Source: an uncultured Clostridia bacterium (lineage in GTDB: Bacteria; Bacillota; Clostridia; Oscillospirales; CAG-382). Taken from it: a DNA stretch of 64,000 bases. Numbering within the stretch: the first letter of the stretch is position 1; every line of letters starts with the position of its first letter. The translations under genes and the position numbers were made by a program. The notes beneath the pieces were generated by a model. It made no database searches, was not told where the DNA came from, and was given only the letters and a program-made list of their open reading frames with translations. Location: NCBI GenBank assembly GCA_944375955.1, contig CALWBE010000057.1:5346-69345 (forward strand), written 5' to 3'. Of this stretch, positions 58,639 to 64,000 are shown piece by piece.

Positions 58639-58756
58639 TTAATATCTCCTGTATAAAAAACAAATGAAAACGGGAACATATAAAGTTACAGACTTATTAT
58701 ATAATGAAAAATCCGAACTTATCGCTGCGAAGCGAAATGTTCGGATCAAATAAATT

Positions 58757-58832
58757 TGGTGGGAGTTAACGGGATCGAACCGCTGACATTCTGCTTGTAA
58801 GGCAGACGCTCTCCCAGCTGAGCTAAACTCCC
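58757..58832 (-). tRNA. tRNA-Val (anticodon UAC)
   Basis: Reverse complement GGGAGTTTAGCTCAGCTGGGAGAGC-GTCTGC-CTTACAA-GCAGA...GCGGTTCGATCCCGTTAACTCCCACCA. Confidence 0.93.
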
Positions 58833-59002
58833 AAGAATATTAAAACTATTTAACATAAAAACTGACTACGGTGGATATTATAACACCGGGGTGACAATTT
58901 GTCAAGGACTTTTACAAATTTTAATAAAAGATTTTTTATATGTTTTTTCGAAAAAAAGGAAATAATCAAGGTAAATTATAAATAAGAGGTGAAAATTCGT
59001 AA

Positions 59003-59947
59003 ATGATTGATTATACAGCGGTTTTTATTTTTCTGTTGCTGTCTTTAAGCTTAATTATATCCTGTTCATTTTATGTATATCTTATTGCTTTCAGAGCCGA
59101 TCATAAGAAAATAGAAGAAGATATTGTTTTTCCCGGGGAATCGGAAATAAAAATAGAAAAAGAACGTATTTGCCGTTTAGTAAGGGAAATATACAATACA
59201 CCGCATGAGGAAGTGTCTATAATATCATATGATGGATTGAAATTGTATGGCAGATATTATCATTATGCTGACGGAGCTCCGATAGACATACAGTTTCACG
59301 GTTATAGAAGTGCAGCGGCAAGAGACTGCTGCGGGACGTTTAGGATATCTCGTGATATGGGACATAATATATTGCTTGTAGATCAGAGAGCTCATGGCAA
59401 AAGCGGAGGGAAAGTAATTACATTCGGCATTAGGGAAAGATATGATTGTCAGGCATGGGCTGAATATGCTGCTAAACGATTTGGGGAAAAACAAAAGATA
59501 ATGTTGATAGGCTTGTCAATGGGAGCGGCTACGGTTGTAATGGCATCGTCGCTGAATCTGCCGGAAGGTGTTGTCGGCATAATAGCCGACAGCACCTATA
59601 CTTCTCCGAGAGATATATTGCAGAAGGTGGGGCGCGACAGAAAAATTCCTGCGGCATTTACCGATTATTTTGCTCTGTTCGGAGCTTTCATTTTTGGTAG
59701 GTTTAATATTGATGAAAGCACTGCGGTGACAGAAGCCGGAAAATGCAAAAAACCGCTGTTGCTAATACATGGAGAAAACGATTTTTTTGTACCTGGTAAA
59801 ATGAGCAGAGAGGTTTATGCTTCATGTCCGTGTGAAAAACATCTTACGATGCTTTCCAATGGAGGACATTGCGCCGGATATATTTTTAACACCGAAAAAT
59901 ATATAAAAGCTATCAGTGATTTTTCAAGAAAGCTATTTAAAGAGTAA
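59003..59947 (+). CDS. Alpha/beta hydrolase (membrane-anchored)
   Basis: N-terminal TM helix, nucleophile elbow 'GLSMGAA', 'LLIHGENDFFVP', C-terminal His. Confidence 0.8.
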   Translation: MIDYTAVFIFLLLSLSLIISCSFYVYLIAFRADHKKIEEDIVFPGESEIKIEKERICRLVREIYNTPHEEVSIISYDGLKLYGRYYHYADGAPIDIQFHGYRSAAARDCCGTFRISRDMGHNILLVDQRAHGKSGGKVITFGIRERYDCQAWAEYAAKRFGEKQKIMLIGLSMGAATVVMASSLNLPEGVVGIIADSTYTSPRDILQKVGRDRKIPAAFTDYFALFGAFIFGRFNIDESTAVTEAGKCKKPLLLIHGENDFFVPGKMSREVYASCPCEKHLTMLSNGGHCAGYIFNTEKYIKAISDFSRKLFKE

Positions 59948-59957
59948 AAAGATGCAT

Positions 59958-61253
59958 TCAGCGCTGATAAAATCCTGAACAGGGAGTATTAAAAGATACT
60001 TTAAGGTTGTCGTCACAGCATTTTATATTCTGAGAAGACGGATCACACGGGTTGCAGCATGTTCCGGGAGGACAGTCGGGCAAAGGCAGACAATTGTCCG
60101 GATCTGTGGCATTTTCATTGCATCCGCATGTTGGATAGCAGGTGCAGGAAAGATTGCCGCTTTCACAGCATCCTCCGTTATATGAAGTTTCGTATTCACC
60201 TAATACGCCTCCGCAGCCGCAGTGACATCCGTTTCCGCAGCCGCAGCTGCAACCACAAGAACCTCCACAGCTGTTTCCTTTATCCTTGCAAAGAAGTTTT
60301 AAACAGTTGTAAAGTCTGCATAACTCGTCGACGTCACATGCTTCCGTGCTGTCTCCAGAAACTGCATTATCGCATAATTCCGTCTGATTTGTCGATACTC
60401 CCGAGCAGCTTGACGAACCGCATCTGCAGCTGCTGCATCTTCCGAAACTGCAGCTTTCCTCACAGCAATTGTTATCATACGGACTGTCAGGAAGAGCTAT
60501 TATATCGCCTTGCAGCATCCCGTTGTTTATAAAGGTACATACGGCAGCTACATATCCGTGATAGCTGTTTTTAGTAATAAATACATAAAGTCTTCCACCA
60601 AAACAGAAGAAAGAGCGAACGCGATATCCGAACGGCAGACGCTGCACTTTTGTCTGACCTGAAGATAAAAGCGTAGCTCTTATAAACGTTTGGGGAGACA
60701 GACGGCTTTCAAGACCTTCATAAAGTATTCCGTTGTTTTCTGCAATTGCCGTGTAATATTGATTTTTTCCTGAATTACTTAAATGGCTCAATATGCGTCC
60801 TTGAGAAGAAGCGGCATAGCTTGAGTAAAGATTAGCTATTGTAAGCATGCAATTTTGATCTCTGCAGTCGCCGGCAGGACCTGTAAAAAGAGTTGTCCTC
60901 AAGCCGGAGTTTCCGGTGGAACATCCGCAGGAATAGCGATTGTCAGTATATCCGTTATCTGAAAAATCAGGTTCTATATAACCGGTTTCTCTAAAACATT
61001 TATTTAAGATATAGATCTTTGATCTTTCTCCGTCGGCAGTAGCGAAAAATTGTCCGTTTCCGCAGAAGTGTATAGCAGTATATTTTCTTTGAAGCTTAAA
61101 TACACATATTATTCCGCCGCAGGTATCCAGCTTGTAAATCGTTTTACGATCAGGCTGAAGGGCATATAAATATTCATTATCACTCGTGACAGACGATATC
61201 GCAAGTCCGCATGGAGAAGGGATCGTCATCAGCGAGGCTGTGTTGCTGTTCAA
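59958..61253 (-). CDS. Hypothetical protein with extremely Cys-rich C-terminal region
   Basis: AAAGGAGA RBS 8 nt before TTG 61253 (alternative ATG 61229). The C-terminal ~170 aa contain about 34 Cys, including 'CGGSCGCSCGCGNGCHCGCGG' and 'CCNPCDPSSQNIKCC'. Confidence 0.6.
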   Translation of the reverse strand: MNSNTASLMTIPSPCGLAISSVTSDNEYLYALQPDRKTIYKLDTCGGIICVFKLQRKYTAIHFCGNGQFFATADGERSKIYILNKCFRETGYIEPDFSDNGYTDNRYSCGCSTGNSGLRTTLFTGPAGDCRDQNCMLTIANLYSSYAASSQGRILSHLSNSGKNQYYTAIAENNGILYEGLESRLSPQTFIRATLLSSGQTKVQRLPFGYRVRSFFCFGGRLYVFITKNSYHGYVAAVCTFINNGMLQGDIIALPDSPYDNNCCEESCSFGRCSSCRCGSSSCSGVSTNQTELCDNAVSGDSTEACDVDELCRLYNCLKLLCKDKGNSCGGSCGCSCGCGNGCHCGCGGVLGEYETSYNGGCCESGNLSCTCYPTCGCNENATDPDNCLPLPDCPPGTCCNPCDPSSQNIKCCDDNLKVSFNTPCSGFYQR

Positions 61254-61434
61254 TGTTTTGTCTCCTTTATACAAATAACATTTGATGTTATTATATGCCG
61301 TACATTTAAGTTATGATAAAGTATTAAAAATCACAATAACAAAACAATAAGCTTTCGATTTTATTATTGCAATTTTCACTGGTATATGATAAAATAAAAT
61401 AATAATAATTTTAAAGGATCTTTTCTCTTTATAT

Positions 61435-62403
61435 ATGACATATACAAAAATTGCTGTTGTTACAGGCCCTACTGCTTCAGGAAAATCAGCGCTTGCAGTA
61501 CGTCTTGCAAAACATTTTTGCGGGGATATAGTCTCATGTGATTCAATGCAGCTTTACCGCGGTATGGATATAGGAACGGCGAAGCCGAATGCCGCCGAAC
61601 AAAAGGCTGTAAAACATCATATGATAGATGTCCTTGACATAAAAGATACTTTTTCAGTTGCCGAATATGTTAAAGCGGCTGAGATTTGTATTTCAAATAT
61701 ATATTCTAAAGGACGACTGCCGTTTTTCTGTGGTGGAACCGGACTTTATGTTGACGCGGTAGTAAATTCGACCGAGTTTGGAGCAATTGAAAGCCTGCCT
61801 GAGTACAGGGAGGAATTAAAGGCTTTTGTTGCCGATAACGGAGCCCAAAAATTGCATGAGCTTTTAAAAGAATCTGATCCGGAGGCTGCGGAAAAAATTG
61901 ATTACCGCAATGTAAAACGTGTTATAAGAGCTCTTGAAGTATATAAATCATCGGGAGTGCCTATTTCGGAATGGCAGCGAAGGTCAAAACTTTTGCCGCC
62001 AAAGTACGACTCATTGGTAATACTGCTTGAATATGAAGACAGGCAAACGCTTTACAGCCGTATAAACAATAGAGTTGACAGTATGATGGAGTCAGGACTT
62101 TTGAACGAGGTAAAACTGCTTAAGGAAAAGGGACTTTTTGAGACGCCGACAGCCGGACAGGCTATTGGATATAAGGAATTTATACCTTATTTTAACGGGG
62201 AAGCTTCGATAGATGAATGTGTTGAGAATCTGAAATCAGAGTCGCGCCGTTATGCTAAGCGCCAAATGACGTGGTTTCGCAGAAATGGCAGCGCGAAGAG
62301 AATAATTGCTGACGGAAAAAGCGAAGAAGAAATTTTTACAGAGGCGAGAGATTTATGTGAGGAATTTTTTAAACCTGAGCTTATCTGGAGCGTAAAATAC
62401 TGA
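61435..62403 (+). CDS. miaA: tRNA dimethylallyltransferase MiaA
   Basis: 'VVTGPTASGKSALA', 'SCDSMQLYRGMDIGTAKP', 'HHMIDV', 'FFCGGTGLY', 'YAKRQMTWFR'. Confidence 0.95.
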   Translation: MTYTKIAVVTGPTASGKSALAVRLAKHFCGDIVSCDSMQLYRGMDIGTAKPNAAEQKAVKHHMIDVLDIKDTFSVAEYVKAAEICISNIYSKGRLPFFCGGTGLYVDAVVNSTEFGAIESLPEYREELKAFVADNGAQKLHELLKESDPEAAEKIDYRNVKRVIRALEVYKSSGVPISEWQRRSKLLPPKYDSLVILLEYEDRQTLYSRINNRVDSMMESGLLNEVKLLKEKGLFETPTAGQAIGYKEFIPYFNGEASIDECVENLKSESRRYAKRQMTWFRRNGSAKRIIADGKSEEEIFTEARDLCEEFFKPELIWSVKY

Positions 62404-62429
62404 TTCTTTTTAAGAAGGGGGACTGCCGA

Positions 62430-63737
62430 ATGCGCATGATAAATCCTAAGAAAGTAGTAAGCGCCGTATTGGCAGCCGTATTGTGCATTTTTATAATTTA
62501 CTATATGTATCGTCAGGTTATAGGCATAAGCAAAGATAAAGTTGAAACGGAAAACGCGGTTCCGATATCTATAGAAAATATGGTTTCTTCGACGGGATAT
62601 ATAATGCGATATGAGAGAGTCTTGGATGCTGTCGGAACCGGGACGGTATTTTCTGTTGTAGATGACGGAGAAAAAGTTTCCGCAGGCATGGCGGTTGCTA
62701 ATGTATACTCAAGCGAAGAAGCGGCGGCAATAAAATCACGGATAGATGAAATAGATGAAAAACTCGATATTCTTGAAAGCAGTATTGTCGATCAGGAATA
62801 CTTTTCTGCCGATGTAGGCAAACTTGAACAAGACAGAAACGAAATATTAGACAGCATTTTAAAAAATAAGGCTGAAAATAATTTTGAAGACTGTATAATA
62901 AGTAAAGACAAACTGCTGATAAGTATGAATAAGCTGTCGTCTGTAAAAAACGGCGGAGCTTTTGAAGAACAGATATCCGAGCTTCAGGAAGAAAGATTAA
63001 GATTAGCTTCGGCACAGGGGGAAACATATACTCGTATATTTGCGCCGGAACCGGGATATTATACCGGAATAATAGACGGATATGAGAAAATATTTTCACC
63101 TGAAATTTTAGAGACTATGACTATATCCGATTTTGAGAGACTTACACAGAGAGAGCCGGACAATAATCTTATATCATCAAATTCTGGTAAACTTGTCACT
63201 GACAGCAGATGGTATATATGCTGTGAGCTTGACAAAAATGAAGCTCAGAGTTTTGAGGAAGGAGAAGAATATACGGTAGAATTCCCATATTCTGAAGGAG
63301 TTTCTCTCAAAATGGAGCTGCTTCGAGCGGTAAGAGAGACTGACAGAAACGAAACCGTACTTGTTTTTACTACGGACGAAATGCCGTCCGGATTTGGATA
63401 TGTCCGTTCACAGAAAATAGATATTGCGCGCGAAAGTTACTCTGGACTTAGAGTCCCTAAGAGCGCTATGCGCAAATTGAATAATGAGACAGACGGTGTT
63501 TACATACTTGTAGGGGAAACAGTCAGGTTCCGCAGGGCAGAGGTCATATATGAACTTGACGATTACTATATAGTTCGATATGAAAGCGAAGCGGAAAAGA
63601 CGCAGAACGCGGTTCAGAGCGGAGAAGAGGCGGTAGATGAGTCGGGGACGGGTTCTGAACAGTATAGATATCTTTCGCTGTATGACAGCGTTATTGTAAG
63701 CGGGAAAGATTTGTATGACGGAAAACAGATAAACTAA
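62430..63737 (+). CDS. HlyD-family/membrane-fusion-like protein (N-terminal anchor, coiled coil)
   Basis: Single N-terminal TM helix, lipoyl-like 'VVDDGEKVSAGMAVANV', long coiled-coil segment. Family call is tentative. Confidence 0.5.
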   Translation: MRMINPKKVVSAVLAAVLCIFIIYYMYRQVIGISKDKVETENAVPISIENMVSSTGYIMRYERVLDAVGTGTVFSVVDDGEKVSAGMAVANVYSSEEAAAIKSRIDEIDEKLDILESSIVDQEYFSADVGKLEQDRNEILDSILKNKAENNFEDCIISKDKLLISMNKLSSVKNGGAFEEQISELQEERLRLASAQGETYTRIFAPEPGYYTGIIDGYEKIFSPEILETMTISDFERLTQREPDNNLISSNSGKLVTDSRWYICCELDKNEAQSFEEGEEYTVEFPYSEGVSLKMELLRAVRETDRNETVLVFTTDEMPSGFGYVRSQKIDIARESYSGLRVPKSAMRKLNNETDGVYILVGETVRFRRAEVIYELDDYYIVRYESEAEKTQNAVQSGEEAVDESGTGSEQYRYLSLYDSVIVSGKDLYDGKQIN

Positions 63738-63762
63738 AGGAATATTGAGCGGAGATGATAAG

Positions 63763-64000
63763 ATGACTGACCTGGAAAAAAATGCAATAAGGGAAAATAT
63801 AGAAAAAATTCGTAAAAATGTAGCTGAAGCCGCTGCGAAAAGCGGAAGAAATCCGGGAGATATACGAATAGTGCTTGCCACAAAAACACAGCCTCCTGAA
63901 AAGATTAATTATGCCGCCGAGTGCGGAATAACGGAGATAGGCGAAAACCGCGTGCAAGAACTTCTGGACAAATATGAAAAGCTTGACCGGGAAAAATTAA
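63763..64000 (+). CDS. yggS: YggS/YlmE-family PLP-binding protein, 3'-truncated by window edge
   Basis: Not in the ORF track because it has no stop in the window. ATG 63763 translates MTDLEKNAIRENIEKIRKNVAEAAAKSGRNPGDIRIVLATKTQPPEKINYAAECGITEIGENRVQELLDKY..., with the 'ATKT' and 'GENRVQE' hallmarks. Confidence 0.8.
   Translation, partial: MTDLEKNAIRENIEKIRKNVAEAAAKSGRNPGDIRIVLATKTQPPEKINYAAECGITEIGENRVQELLDKYEKLDREKL

Noticed and set aside
1-64000. CRISPR arrays, rRNA operons, intact prophage or integrase genes
   Set aside because: I looked for regularly spaced direct repeats, 16S/23S/5S signatures and recombinase motifs and saw none. The only tandem repeat is the 9-bp array at 11992-12032.

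Overview
This window looks like a chromosomal segment of a low-GC Firmicute, probably Clostridia-like. It is AT-rich between genes, uses AGGAGG-type RBSs, and carries SLH-domain proteins. I had no search tools, so all product calls come from motifs read in the supplied translations and from hairpins and promoters read by eye.

Most of the window is conserved housekeeping:
- U32 peptidase-dus
- A long minus-strand array: yybS-gdpP-rplI-dnaB-tilS-ftsH
- A GyrA/ParC-family subunit, ruvCAB and uvrB
- The nusB-tsaD-like-xseA-xseB-ispA operon
- fba, miaA and yggS
- Sugar-utilisation genes: GH2, ROK, SIS, a BNR sialidase-like protein and TIM-barrel isomerases
- RNA genes: tmRNA, two tRNA-Ser and one tRNA-Val

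Two accessory insertions stand out.
1. A ~4 kb island with no integrase lies directly 3' of tmRNA (about 28.4-32.4 kb). It carries a tight three-gene operon driven by a near-consensus promoter: an AT-rich orphan protein, an EcoRI-family-like N6-adenine methyltransferase, and a translationally coupled DUF262 (ParB/GmrS-like)-HNH nuclease. I rate this the best candidate for an undescribed restriction or defence module.
2. A remnant lies next to the 3' end of tRNA-Ser (about 34.6-36.97 kb). It holds an XRE-HTH/TPR-like regulator and a GC-rich, truncated IS30-family transposase.

Other points worth a second look:
- A terminator-containing leader upstream of pnuC
- A GC-rich non-coding patch between convergent genes at 41.3-41.6 kb
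- A 9-bp tandem repeat between yybS and gdpP
- A one-nucleotide frameshift at the 5' end of an ADP-ribosylglycohydrolase gene at the island edge
- A protein with an extremely cysteine-rich C-terminus

I saw no CRISPR array and no rRNA.
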